DNA of 64,000 nucleotides, taken from Dictyostelium discoideum. Its lineage: Eukaryota. The number at the start of each line of letters is the position of its first letter. Position 1 is the first letter of the stretch. Where the stretch lies: contig CM000155.2 of NCBI GenBank assembly GCA_000004695.1, positions 320,001 through 384,000 of the forward strand, read 5' to 3'. Positions 12,396 through 28,444 of this stretch are shown here, in pieces. The position numbers were made by a program, and so were the translations under genes. Under the pieces are notes generated by a model that saw only the letters and a program-made list of their open reading frames with translations, did not search any database and was not told the origin of the DNA.

Positions 12396-12870
12396 TTTTT
12401 TTTTTTTTTCAAAGTGTGTATTTTAATTATTACAATGAAACTGATTCGTTCGTTTATTTCGTTTTTTTTTTTTTTTATTTTTTTTTTTATTTTTTTTTTT
12501 TTTTTGAAAATTTTTTTTTTTTTAAATTTTATTTTTTTTTATTTTTTATTTTTTTTATTTTTATTTTTTTTTTATTTTTATTTTTGGGTTCAGCCGAAGA
12601 ATATATTTATAAATATAATTAATTAATTTTGTTGGAAAAAAAAAAAAAAAAATTAAATGTTTTTTCCTTTTTTTTTATTCTCAAACAAGTCAGCATGTAG
12701 TATTCGTATATATATATATATATATATAATTATTTCAAATTATAATTACAATAAAATATTAGATTATTATTAAACATAATAATGTGGTGGTCAAGATATT
12801 TTTAGTTTAAAATAAAAATAAAAGAATAAAAAAAAATACTTGTCTTTTTTTTAAATTGCCACCATTTTCC

Positions 12871-12912
<42 letters not shown>

Positions 12913-12923
12913 AAAACAATTAT

Positions 12924-13072
12924 AAAGTTGGTTAAATTGGTAGATTTACAAGTATATCTCAATAAATGATATTTTTATAACAATTTTATAATACTTATTT
13001 AAAAACTATACATCTATTTTACATGATATTGAATTAGAAGGTCCATTTGGTCAACTTTGTAAAATGATTGGG
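12924..13072 (+). other. two short orphan fragments (about 53 and 62 bp) homologous to tgr-like array coding sequence
   Basis: 12924..12976 (aaagttggttaaattggtagatttacaagtatatctcaataaatgatattttt) matches array sequence gaaaaggttaaattggtagatttacaagttaatatctcaataaatggtattttt. 13011..13072 (catctattttacatgatattgaattagaaggtccatttggtcaactttgtaaaatgattgg) matches acatctatctcatgtgatattgaattggtaggtccattcgatcaactttgtaaaatcaaattt. There is no open frame. Confidence 0.6.
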
Positions 13073-13291
13073 TATGTATAAAAAATGATTAAATAATTAG
13101 AATTTATTTAAATTCTAAAAATAAAATAAAATGTTATTTAATTTTTTCAACAGTTTATCAAATAAATAAATAAAGCCTTGTATAGTGAAAATAAAAAAAA
13201 TAAAGATAAAATAGTTTTTTTTTTTTTTTAATAAAAATTTGTTTATTTTATTTATTTGTTTGTTTGTTAGTTTGATTATTCATTTTTTAAT

Positions 13292-16043
13292 TTATTTGTT
13301 TGATGAGAGCAGCACCAACAGAATCAACACAACCAATTGTAATACCTGAAATTGCCCACCTGATAGTTTGGATGATTCACTATTTCCTTCAGCACCGATT
13401 GATGGTGATGGAGATATTGATATTTGAATTTCTTCAATTTTAACATCATAATTATATGATGTTGAGCCTAATTGGAGATATAATACTCCTGATGTTTCAT
13501 TAACAAATGAATTTGAATGGCATGATAAACAATCAGTACTATTTGTAATATCGATTTCATTTGAACTTAATATTGGATTACTATCATAAAATGTTTCATT
13601 TGGTGATAAACTACATTGTAAATTACATAAAAGAGAAACATTTTGTGATGAAAGTGCCAAGCTTGCATGAATATTACCTGATAAACCAACACCACCCACT
13701 GTTATTGAAATACCTTCTTTTTTATTTTTAATGGTTGGAACAACTGTAATCTTTGGTTTAAAATATGTTAAGAATGCATTTGGTCCTAAATTATCTCCAA
13801 TGAATGTTGAAACAAGTAGTGGACTCTCTATACTATCAGTTCTGACTATTAACATCTTTTCATCATGAGTAATAATCGTGGTATTTTTATTATTTGCTAA
13901 TACTTTAACTTTGAATTCATCTTCATTTGTTAATAAATTCTTACCAGAAACTGTGATTGTACCTCCACAACCAATTGTTTTATTATCTATATTTATTATA
14001 CCATTAATAACAGGTGGAAATGTTAAACTAAATAATGATTCCATATTAATTCCATCTACAGTAATATCAATTGGACCATAATCATATGAATTCAATGTTT
14101 TAATTGTTAATTGATTATCTTTTAATGCTAAAATTTCTGATGAAATATCATTACCATCGAAATAGACTTGAATTAATGGTATTGAGTTACCGAAATTATT
14201 TCCATGAAATGTAATATTAAATTGATCTTTAGAAAATTTACGATGCTCGATTATTGGAGGAGCATATGAGTATCCATCACTAACTGTCTCTGAGTTTAAT
14301 TTGAATATGAATTGTTTATTTAAACCAGTACCATATGGTGTTGAACATTTTGTTTTATAGTAACCAGATGTTAATGATTGTGATGATGGTATTGAACATT
14401 GGGTGGCTGATGATGAATTACCAATAGTAATACTTGGTGTTGATGATGAAATTAATGGACAATCCATATAATATATTTCAATATTTAATGTTCCATTAGA
14501 TACATTTGGTCTATTAATTACATTAATAATTAATGATGCAGAAATTGAAATTGTATTTGAGGAAATATTAGAACGAGTAAAACTAATATTAAAAGATCTA
14601 CATCTTAAATGAGGTAATTTAAATGTTAAACTCTTTTCATCAGATGTAACATTTAATTGGTCAATTTTTAAATAACTATTAGTTCCATCAGCATACAATT
14701 GAACGAATGATTCTTTATTTTTACCAAAATTTGTACCAATTAATGTAACGAAACCATTTGAATATGATCCACTTGATAATGTTGGAATATTATATGTAAA
14801 TGATACATTATTATTACTTGTTGAATTGCAACCTCCGAAATTAACGTTAACTGGTAAATCTCTACCACCATATTCATTTGGATCTAATTGACATTCTAAT
14901 TCGTTTGTTGTTGATTTAATTAATGTACATTGTTTATTTCCAATTGTAATTGAGGGTTTCAATGATGGATATAAAGTCGAAGATAATTTAACACCTTTAA
15001 TTGTTACAATACCTCCTAAATAATTTGATACTGATGATATTGATGTTATTATTGCTGGAAAACAATGAGTAAAATCCTTTTGAAGAGTAATTTTATTTAC
15101 CTTAATATTAATAGACATTGGACCAAGATCAGGTCTACTAAAGTTATTCACTTGAATTTGTGTATGATTTACTGAAATTATAAAATTTGTTTGATTAATA
15201 CCTCCCAGAAAAACCTCTACCAACTTTTTATCTGTAAAGAAGTTATCACCATTAATTGTTAATATCCCTAATGATTCGTCTGAAACAGTACTTGATATTT
15301 TAGGTGATTTGTATGAAAATGGAATAGGAAAATCACCTTCATCTTCAAAGTTAATTTCAAAATTTCCAGAACCTGGTGGAAATGATACAGTGATATTATT
15401 ACAGTCAAAAGAAGGATCAGAGAAATTACCTTTAACAACAAAAGAAACACCATTTCCATAGTTACTTTTAATAAAATTAGGACCTCCCCTGAATCTTAAA
15501 TAATTACCAGTAAATACTACATCACCTCCAGACGTTGCCGGTTTTTTATTAAACTTGATATCACTTACAAATTGAAATGTATATCCAGTACCAGAAAATT
15601 TATCTATATCTGTAAGATTAAATGAACAATTTTCAACTGGATTTGATAGTTCTTTTGCACATACCTTACTATGAGCACTACCCCATAATCTTGAGAATGG
15701 TTCATCTGAATGGAATGTACAAAGTCTCATACTACCAACAACGACACTACAATTGAAATAATTTGGTGCCATTTCATATCTGGGTGTTGTTTCGTTTTGA
15801 TACATAATTAAACGGGTAGGGTAAGAACGATCGCTTGGATAATTAAAATAATGTATTGTAAATGATTTTTCACTAATTGTTGCAACTAATTAAAATAAAT
15901 TAATTTCATAAACAAATTAATTATCAATAATTAAAAATATAATGATACTTACTATATGCCATTGGATCTTCCATTGAATATGGATATCCTAATTTAAAAA
16001 TTGAGAATAAAAAAAAAACTAGTAATATTATTTTATTTTCCAT
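13292..16043 (-). CDS. secreted IPT/TIG-repeat surface protein with GPI-type hydrophobic C-terminus; join(15953..16043,13292..15885)
   Basis: Exon 1 is [30 protein letters not shown] plus 1 nt, with donor A|GTAAGT. The 67-nt intron ends aattAG. Exon 2 of 2594 nt (phase 1) contains the 837-aa ORF. IPT-like units such as [24 protein letters not shown] and [10 protein letters not shown]...[17 protein letters not shown] are present. The C-terminus is ...[16 protein letters not shown]. Confidence 0.65.
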
Positions 16044-16639
16044 TTTTATTTTTATTTGGGTTTATTAATAATTAATAAAAATTGAAAAAGTGAAATTTTA
16101 TTATTACTGGAGAAAATAATTCTTAATAAATAAATAGAAAAAAAAAAAAAGTAAAAAAAAAAAAAAAAAAAACGAAATAATAATAATAATAATAATATAA
16201 AAAAACCGAAAATAATTTCTATTTTTAGAAGTTCTCTACCGAATGATATTGATTGGTATCATTTCATACATCAACCAAAAAAGATTTATAAATCTATTAA
16301 ATTCATAAAAAAAAAAAAAAAAAAAAACATTGGAAAATTTATTTAATAAAATTCAAAATAGTAATTTAAAAATAAATAATTATTTTACATTAACCAAAAA
16401 TTTCTTTTATTCATTTCTAATTGTCTTTGGTTCAGTAATTCCTTTTCTTTCAGATAATTGTTCTTATTTAATTTGGTTTTTTTTTTTTTTTTTTTTTTTT
16501 TGATGTATGTAAAGGAATGGGTTATATTAATTTTTAAAAAACAAAATAAAAATAAATAAATGCAAACTATTTTTTAAAAAAAAAACACAATTTATTTATT
16601 TTCTATTGTGGTTTAAATTCCTTTTTTTAATATAAAAAT

Positions 16640-16726
16640 AATTGATGGTGATGGAGATATTGATATTTGAAATTCTTCAATTATAACCATAATTATATGA
16701 TGTTGATGACCAACATCATATAATTT
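16640..16726. repeat. duplicated ~66-bp piece of the 3' end of the 13292..16043 gene, fused to an inverted repeat (15-bp arms, 6-bp spacer)
   Basis: 16640..16705 matches 13398..13465 (gattgatggtgatggagatattgatatttgaat..cataattatatgatgttga). It continues into the palindrome aattatatgatgttg-atgacc-caacatcatataatt (16691..16726). Confidence 0.7.
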
Positions 16727-18399
16727 TCGAAATTTTCAACCAAGAAGTCTCGAACGAAAACTCTGAAATATATAAAACTAAATAAATTAATTATTATTTT
16801 AATTATTATTGTTTAATTATTTATCATTATTATTATTATTACTATTATTAATATTATGATTATAAAAAAATTATAAATATTAAACAATGTAAATCATTAC
16901 AGATCAAAAAAATTGCAATCGGATAGAAATTCTATCTAATAGATCAATAAAAAAAAAAATCTTAATCGAAGAGATCCACGGCATTTTCTTTTTTTTTTTT
17001 TTTGAAAATGTTTTTTTATTTTATTTATTTTATTTTTTTTATTTTATTTTTTTTATTTTATTATTTTTTTTATTTTCTATTTTTTTTTTTTTTTTTTTTT
17101 TTTTCAAACAATAATTTAAATATATCAAAAAATTTTTTTTTTTTTTTTTTTTCACATTTTTATTAATAAAAACTATTTTAGAAAATAATTACGTTAATAG
17201 AATAATATAAACCTCTAGAATGATCGAAAAAAAAAAAAAAAAATTTCAGAAAAAAAAAAACAAAAAAAAAGAAAAAAAAAATTAATTAGACCTAATTAAT
17301 TCATTTTAACCAAAAACAAGCGCTGTTTTTTTTTAACACACAACTTTTTTAATACCCTTACCCTACCTACATTAATTTCATGTGAATATCAATATTCTAA
17401 TTATATTCATTTATGTTTTTTTTTTTTTTGATCTTTCCACCCATTCCTTTCTGTTTTTCATCATATAAAAACAATTCAATATTTGAATTAATGTGTGTGT
17501 GTGGGTTTACCATTATTCACACTTAGAAGATTAAAATGAGATATACATTTTCAATATTTACAATCAATACAAAGGTAATTTTTTTTTTTTTTGTTAAATT
17601 AATATTAATTTTTTTTTTTTTTTTCTTTTTTATTGTAATTTAACTACAATACCATATAAGAGTATAATTTGTTGGGGGTGTGCAAAAAAGTGGGGGCATA
17701 GAAATACTTTTTACCCATACTCCACATTAATTTATATTGATTAGGGTATTAAAATTTGAAAAAAAAAATTGAACTCACCATTTTTTCCTTTTTAATCATT
17801 GTATTATTAGTTTTTTAAAGTATAGTGTGTATTTTGTTTGCAAAAAATGAATAAAAACATGAAAATTATAATTTGTAAACCCTTTTTATTGTTCATTTCA
17901 TCAAACATCTTTTTTTTATAGAATAATACAATAATCACATCATTCACTCGATATACCAATAATATAAAAAATTAAAAAATATAATAATTAAAAAAAAAAA
18001 TAATAATAATAATAATAATATTTTTTTTAATAATTTTTAAATAAATAAAAAAAAATATTAATAAAAAAATTAAAAAAATAATTAATAAACAAAAAAAAAA
18101 ATTACTTAAAGCCAAAAAAAAAAAAAACATAAATAAATTCTATTCATTAAAAAAAAAAAAATAATTGTAAATATAATAATAGTTTTAAATAAATTTGTTT
18201 ATTCAAATATTCTAGTTATTTTTTTTTCCATTCTTTTTTGTAAATAACTATTTTTTTATATTAATAATTAAATAAAACTTTTTTTTTTTAAACTAATTCT
18301 ATTTTTGATTTAAATAAAAATAAACAAAACAAAACAAAATAAAATAAAATATAAAATAAATAATTAAATAATTAAATTATCAAATAATTAAATTTCTTT

Positions 18400-18606
18400 T
18401 AAAAATATAATAAAATAATATAATATAATATAATATAATATAATATAATATAATATAATATAATAGTTGATAATATAATATAATATATATAATAAATATA
18501 TATAAATAAATAATTAAATAGATAAATTTCTTTTAAAATAAAAATAAAAATAAAATACAATATAATAAAAAAATAAATAATATAAATATATAAATTAATA
18601 AATTAA

Positions 18607-18653
<47 letters not shown>

Positions 18654-18730
18654 AAAAATAAATTAATAAATTAATAAATTAATAAATTAATAAATTAATA
18701 AATTAATAAATTAATAAATTAATAAATTAA
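18400..18730. repeat. block of AT microsatellites: (TAATA)n, (AAAT)n, (ATTAATAA)n x9
   Basis: Directly visible tandem units in the 1.3-kb AT desert upstream of the kinase gene. Confidence 0.85.
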
Positions 18731-18738
18731 TAAATATA

Positions 18739-18774
<36 letters not shown>

Positions 18775-18917
18775 ATATTTGTTTTAATTAATAATAATTT
18801 TTTTATATAAATACTTCAAAAAAATAAAATAAAATAAAAGGTAAGAAGAACAAATTTTTTCATTTTAAAACAACAATTAACAAAATATTAATTATTATTT
18901 TTTTTATTACAGTTCGA

Positions 18918-21906
<2,989 letters not shown>

Positions 21907-22350
21907 TTTAAAAATCTTTTTTAAAGTAAAATAAATTTAATTTTTGTAAATCATCTTATCAACTGTCCAAATAGTTGATCATTCTAAAAAATAAATAAAT
22001 AAATCATATAAATAAATTAAAAATTTATACAAATATAAAATAAATAAACTAAAAATCAAATAAATAAAAATAGTTTTATTAATAAAAAATTAATACTCTT
22101 GTAATAATTACACTTAATAATTAATTTTTTTTTTTTTTTTCAATATTGTTAATTATTGTTTTTAAATCTTTTTTTTTTTTAAAAAAAAATAAAAGAATAA
22201 ATATTTAAATTGGTGCTATAAACTGTTTGGACAATTGTGTTTTTGAATTTGTTAAATCTTTTCTTTTTTTTTTTCTCTTTAATAGTCTAAAAAATATTAA
22301 AGAAAAATAATAATAATAATAATTCTGTTTTCTATTTTTTTTTTTTTTAA

Positions 22351-22383
<33 letters not shown>

Positions 22384-22599
22384 CTTTAATTATTATATAA
22401 ATAAATAAGATGTTGGTTTCTTTTTTTAAAATCAGTTGGTTACATTCAATGAATTATTTTCATTATTGAATTATTATTATTATTTTTATTATTATTTACC
22501 GCCAATACATTTAAAACTATTGGTTGTTTGATATTTATTTTTACTAATGAATAAGTTTTCTATCCTCGTGTAATTTGGTGTTCAAATTGATAATGTTCC

Positions 22600-23712
22600 A
22601 AAAAAACCAATAATCTAAAATGAATCCATAAAAAGAAATATAAATTTTATTTTATTTATAATTATATTCTCAACGATTTAAATCATTTAATTATTTTATT
22701 ACTTTCGTTTAGGCGCTTTTTTTCCCTGCAGTCAGGAAAAAATAATTTAAAATTTCCCTACAACAGAAATTACAATTTTAAATGGAGACCAACTAACCCG
22801 TACTGAAATTTATTATGAATTACCAATAAAATCAAGTTGTTCAATTGTTTCGAACCAAATGATTAAATGTCTTGGTAATTTTATAAATTATTTAGATTTA
22901 TTTAAAAATGGTAAAATTAAAATACAATTTTCAATATGATTATAATTGATAATATCATAAACCAGTGGAGTTGAAAACAAGAGATTGGTTTACAAATTTA
23001 ATCGATGGAGTTATATCAATTTTAAAATCTGGAGAAGTTACATCACAAACAATTAGATATATATAACTTGAACTGGCTTCATTGAGAATGAAAATGGATC
23101 ACTCATAAAAATAATTGGATTGTGATGAATTATTAATTAATGGTGAAAATTTTAATGAAAATACAATTTACAATACATCTGTATATTGCTTTTCAAAAAA
23201 ACAAGTTTATAATTGTTCATTTATAAACTATACATCTATCTCATGTGATATTGAATTGGTAGGTCCATTCGATCAACTTTGTAAAATCAAATTTAATGGG
23301 TAAAGATGAGAATTATAATATTTCAATATCATATTATCCTCCATTAGTTTTAAATTCAACAAAGATTTCGAATTCATCGATTAGTGGAATTATTACAATT
23401 TTTGGTAATGAATTTTATAATCAAATTGATTTAATTACAGTTGGTAAAAGTAAATGTTTAAACTCTACATTTATAAATTCAACATCGATTTCATGTTTTG
23501 TAGAACCTTCAAATTTTATTATTAATCAAACTGAACAACAACAACAACAATATGTTAACATTACAATTAATAGCAAAAGTGGTGGTAATAATTTAATAAT
23601 TTATTCTGGTAATTCAAATAGAATTGATGAAAATAATAAATCAAATAAAAATACAATTGATGATAAACAAACCAACAATGAAATCAAAAATGAATCCATA
23701 AAAGAAATATAA
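22600..23712 (+). pseudogene. decayed edge copy of the tgr-like array: orphan 3' tail (22600..22690), junction, then a C-terminal gene fragment (22741..23712) with internal inversion and frameshifts
   Basis: 22619..22690 matches the last ~70 nt of the array genes ([20 protein letters not shown]). A GC-rich junction ggcgctttttttccctgcagtcagg follows. 22790 onward matches [18 protein letters not shown]... Then 22960..23120 is the reverse complement of the neighbouring coding block (it matches the antisense [15 protein letters not shown] ORFs of the other copies). The distal end reads in frame only with an extra g at aatggGtaaagatg and a 1-nt loss before the tail. There is no upstream signal exon. 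Confidence 0.7.
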
Positions 23713-24608
23713 ATTTAATTTTATTTATAATTATATTCTCAACGATTTTAATCATTTAATTAAATTTATTACTTTCGTTATAAAAAAAATTAAACTCACA
23801 CCAAAAACAATGATTTAGTATATATAAAAATGATTATTTTTAGTGGTTTTGTGTCAAATAAAAAAAAATAATAATACAATAATAAATTTTGAACATGTTG
23901 TTTTTTTTTTTTAATTTTTTTTTTTTTAATTATTTTTATAATAATTATTTTTTTGTTTTTACTATTTGATAAGTGTGTTATTGTGAATTTTGATAATTAA
24001 AATAATATATAAAAATCAAAAATAATTAAAAATATTACCACTTCTCATAAACTACTTTTTATGGTAGTGGTTGAAAAAAAAAAAAAATAATAATAATTTT
24101 AATTTCAATTAAAAAAAACAAGCCCAAAAAAGTTTAATACAATAAATAGTATTCTAATATGATGAAAGAAACATCAAGTGGTGGGTGGTAAACTTGGCAC
24201 ACAGTGTTAAAAAAAAACAATATGAGTAATATTGAAAATCATACAACAAAACTGATAATATTAAAAGAAATTAGTGGGATGTGTGTGTTGAAAAACATTT
24301 TTCAATAAATTATGTGATTGTTTATTTTTAATTTAATATTGAAGCATTACCTTATTGTTTTTATTATTATTTTTATTATTATTATTTTTTTTTTTTTTTT
24401 TTTTTATTATCAATATTTTTGTTTTTTTTAATTATTATTAATATTTATGTTTTTTTTTAATTATTAATATTTTTGTTTTTAAAAAATTTTTATAATTATT
24501 ATTTTTATTTTTAAATAATTTTTTTTCCAACCCAAACCCGTAATATTAAATTTTTTTCCCTTTTCAAAAAAACAATTTCATTATTAAAATAATAAATAGT
24601 AAATCAAA

Positions 24609-24768
24609 ATGAAATTTTTTATATTATTTTTTATTTTATATTTAGTTTCTGATACATTAGGACATTTAAATGAACCAGTTGTCAAGAGTAAATATTTAAT
24701 ATAAAAATAATTTAATCTTTTTTTTTATATTGTTTTTTCCGGTTTGGGTTTTTTTTTTTTTCCAAATT

Positions 24769-24833
<65 letters not shown>

Positions 24834-24955
24834 TTTGGTTATTGTTATTTACTATTTTTAATTTTTTTTAATGTGTTAATATTTAACTAGTTAAAAAAAT
24901 ACAAATATTCAATTTTGTAACCACTTGTCAATATAATTAAAGAAATTTGCAATTG

Positions 24956-25018
<63 letters not shown>

Positions 25019-27624
25019 AGTTTAAAATTAATATCTATAAATATTAATATTAATAAATATTAATCATTTAATAGATACATTCTCTATATTTTTGTATTTT
25101 TTTAAAAAGAAATCGATGGTTTCCAACACTAATTTTTTCTAATGATTTTATTTTAATTTCAGATTTTACATACACAAAACAATCATTGGAATATACATAT
25201 GATATTGATAGTACATATTATATAAAATGGATTTTTTCAAATTTGGAATATGAATTGGTTTTTGAATGTAAAAATAATAGCAAAGAAAGAACATGTACTG
25301 CTGGTATGTCCATTGATATTGCTAAAAATTTACATGGTCAAATAAAGGTATGCATACGTGGAATTGATAATAATGGTGTATTAGATTGCCATATTGCTTT
25401 TTATGAAGAATATTTTCCAAAGCCAATTATTGAAGGTGACTTTAAACCATCTACCAAAGGTGGTCCTACTATTATGAAAGGTTATTATTTGGCAATTGGT
25501 GCATACTACTATACCATTATCCCTGATACTAGATTGGGTATAATAGGTGATATTTTTAGTAACTCTATTGATGTCACAAATTTAATACTAGACTATAAAG
25601 GTGGTTGTGGCCCAGGAACTATTCAATGGTCAAATGATTTTAAATATAGTTTCAATCATTCAAATCCAATCATTGAAAATATTTTTATTGAAGGTTCATC
25701 TTTTATATCAAAAGGTTCTAATTTTTGTAATTCTTCTGATTCAATTCAAATTTATTTAGATGGTGTTCAAATTGATAAATCAAAAATAAAATCAATTGAT
25801 CATGAGCAATTTGAAATAATTTACACTCAACTATATTCAAAATCAATCAATGTTAAAATAGTATCTGGTGGACTTGAATCGAATATTTACAAATTGGATT
25901 TTAAACCGATACCTTTAAAAATTAATAGTGTTCCAAGATTAAAAGGTGGTTCAGTTACAATAATTGGTGAAAGACTATCTCCACAAGTATATAATTCAAC
26001 AATCATTGTTAAAATTGGTCAATATGATTGTAAAAATGTAATCTCATCAAAAAATGAAATTCTCTGTAATTTAGAATCGGTTCAAAATGTTGAAAAGGTT
26101 AAATTGGTAGATTTACAAGTTAATATCTCAATAAATGGTATTTTTAATGAAAATAATTTATTATTCTCATTCGATGTACCAATAATGTCAGATTTTATAC
26201 TTCCTCAAGGTGAAGTTAAATTAGTTGGTGATTGTTTTGGTTCTTCACAATTGACTCAAGTTAAAATTGACGATGTGTTACAATCCAATATAACAATTAA
26301 TATTAATGAAAAAGAAACAACACTTTCATTTAAGCCAATTAAACCAATTAAAAAATCAAAGTTATATATAATTGTCAATGGTACAAAATCAAATACTATT
26401 GAAATTGATTCATCATTTTTTGTAAAAAGTGTTCCATCTTCACCTTCAGTAAATGGTCAAATTGTAAACTTTACACTTTTCAATATAAATCCAAATAATG
26501 TAAATGCAACACCAATTATGATTTTTCAAAATAATAGTTCAATAAATGCAATTGATTATAAAAATTCAAATGAATACTCAACTCACACATACTCCTTTGA
26601 TATTCCAAAAAGTTGTGGGAGAAATGAGATTACAATTTTAATTGGAGACCAACTAACCCGTACTGAAATTTATTATGAATTACCAATAATATCAAGTTGT
26701 TCAATTGTTCCAAATCAAATGATTAAATGTCTTGGTAATTTTTTAAATTATCTAGATTTATTTAAAAATGGTAAAATTAAAATACAATTTTCAAATATGG
26801 TAATAATTGATAATATTCCAAACAATTCAATTATTTTTATGAGTGATTCATTTTCATTCCCAATGAAGCCAGAGTATAGTTCAAGTGATATATATCTTAT
26901 TGTTTGTGATGAAACTTCTCCATATTTTAAAGTTGATATAACTCCATCGCTTAAATTTGTGAGCCAATCTCTTGTTTTCAACTCCACTGGTGGTGAATTA
27001 TTAATTAATGGTGAAAATTTTAATGAAAATACAATTTACAATACATCTGTATATTGCTTTTCAAATAAACAAGTTTATAATTGTTCATTTATAAACAATA
27101 CATCTATCTCATGTGATATTGAATTGGTAGGTCCATTCGATCAACTTTGTAAAATCAAATTTAATGGTAAAGATGAGAATTATAACATTTCAATATCATA
27201 TTATCCTCCATTAGTTTTAAATTCAACAACGATTTCGAATTCATCGATTGGTGGAATTATTATAATTTTTGGTAATGAATTTTATAATCAAATTGATTCA
27301 ATTACAGTTGGTAAAAGTAAATGTTTAAACTCTACATTTATAAATTCAACATCGATTTCATGTTTTGTAGAACCTTCAAATTTTATTATTAATCAAACTG
27401 AACAACAACAACAATATGTTAACATTACAATTAATAACAAAAGTGGTGGTAATAATTTAATAATTTATTCTGTTAATTCAAATAGAATTGATGAAAATAA
27501 TAAATCAAATAAAAATACAATTGATGATAAACAAACCAACAATGAAATCAAAAATGAATCCATAAAAAGAAATATAAATTTAATTTTATTTATAATTATA
27601 TTCTCAACGATTTTAATCATTTAA
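24609..27624 (+). CDS. tgr-like IPT/TIG-repeat surface protein, array copy 1 (GPI-type tail); join(24609..24687,25163..27624), about 846 aa
   Basis: Exon 1 is [26 protein letters not shown] plus 1 nt, with donor A|GTAAAT. The 475-nt intron contains a 66-nt poly-T and ends ttttaatttcAG. Exon 2 (phase 1) runs ...[20 protein letters not shown]... through repeated IPT-like units ([12 protein letters not shown]...[19 protein letters not shown]; [53 protein letters not shown]; [44 protein letters not shown]). It ends in the hydrophobic tail [16 protein letters not shown] then TAA. Confidence 0.6.
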
Positions 27625-27868
27625 TTAAATTTATTACTTTCGTTATAAAAAAAAATTATACTCCCACCAAAAACAATGATTGAGTATATATAAAAAATGA
27701 TTATTTTTAGTGGTTTTGTGTTAAATAAAAAAAAAAAAATACAATAATAAATTTTGAACATGTTGTTTTTTTTTTTTTATATTTTTTTTTTTTTCTAATT
27801 ATTTTTAAAATAATTTTATTTTTTTTTTTTATTGGTTTTACTGTTTGGGTTATTTTTAATCTCAAATT

Positions 27869-27922
<54 letters not shown>

Positions 27923-28444
27923 TTTGATTATTGTTGTTATTTACTATTTTTAATTTTTTAATATTAAAGTCTCCAAATATTCAGCTATTGTTTATTTTTT
28001 ATATCATTGTTAATGTCATTAATAACTATAACTAGTTATTAATATAAATAAATATCAATCATTTTGTAGATATATTATCTATTTATGTATTTTATAAAAG
28101 ATATTGATAATTTCCAACACCAATTTTTAATTTTTTTATTTGGTTCATTAATATTTTTTTAAAAATTTTTCAATGTTTTAACCAGTTGTCAATGTAATTA
28201 AAGATATTTGCAATTGTTTATTAAAAAAAAAAAAAAAAATTGTTTGTTATTTTTTTAAAAAAAAAAAAAAAAGAGCTACTGTTCATTTTTTAATAAATTA
28301 ATTTTAAATTAATATCTATAACTATTAATATTAATAAATATTAATCATTTATTAGATACATTATCTCTATTTTTTGTATTTTTTTTAAAAAGAAATCAAT
28401 AGTTTCAACACTAATTTTTTCTTATGATTTTATTTTAATTTTAG

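Noticed and set aside
17660-17720. Possible DUSE-like element or small RNA promoter (ttgggggtgtgcaaaaaagtgggggcat)
   Set aside because: It only loosely resembles the CCCA(C/T)AA upstream element. No class-I-RNA 11-nt motif or snRNA-like body follows it.
17536-18917. Possible exon MRYTFSIFTINTK|GTAATT at 17536-17574, spliced to the ttattacAG at 18911 in front of the kinase
   Set aside because: The phase does not match the kinase frame (exon phase 0, but the acceptor needs phase 1). The implied 1.3-kb intron full of microsatellites would be far outside the 70-190-nt intron range seen everywhere else in the window.
26748-26987. 79-aa antisense ORFs ([21 protein letters not shown]...) found in every array copy (also 30025, 30655, 34713, 38226, 42258)
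   Set aside because: They lie entirely antisense to the conserved IPT exon. Their conservation is a by-product of the duplicated coding strand. They have no start context, and the sense strand carries the domain architecture.
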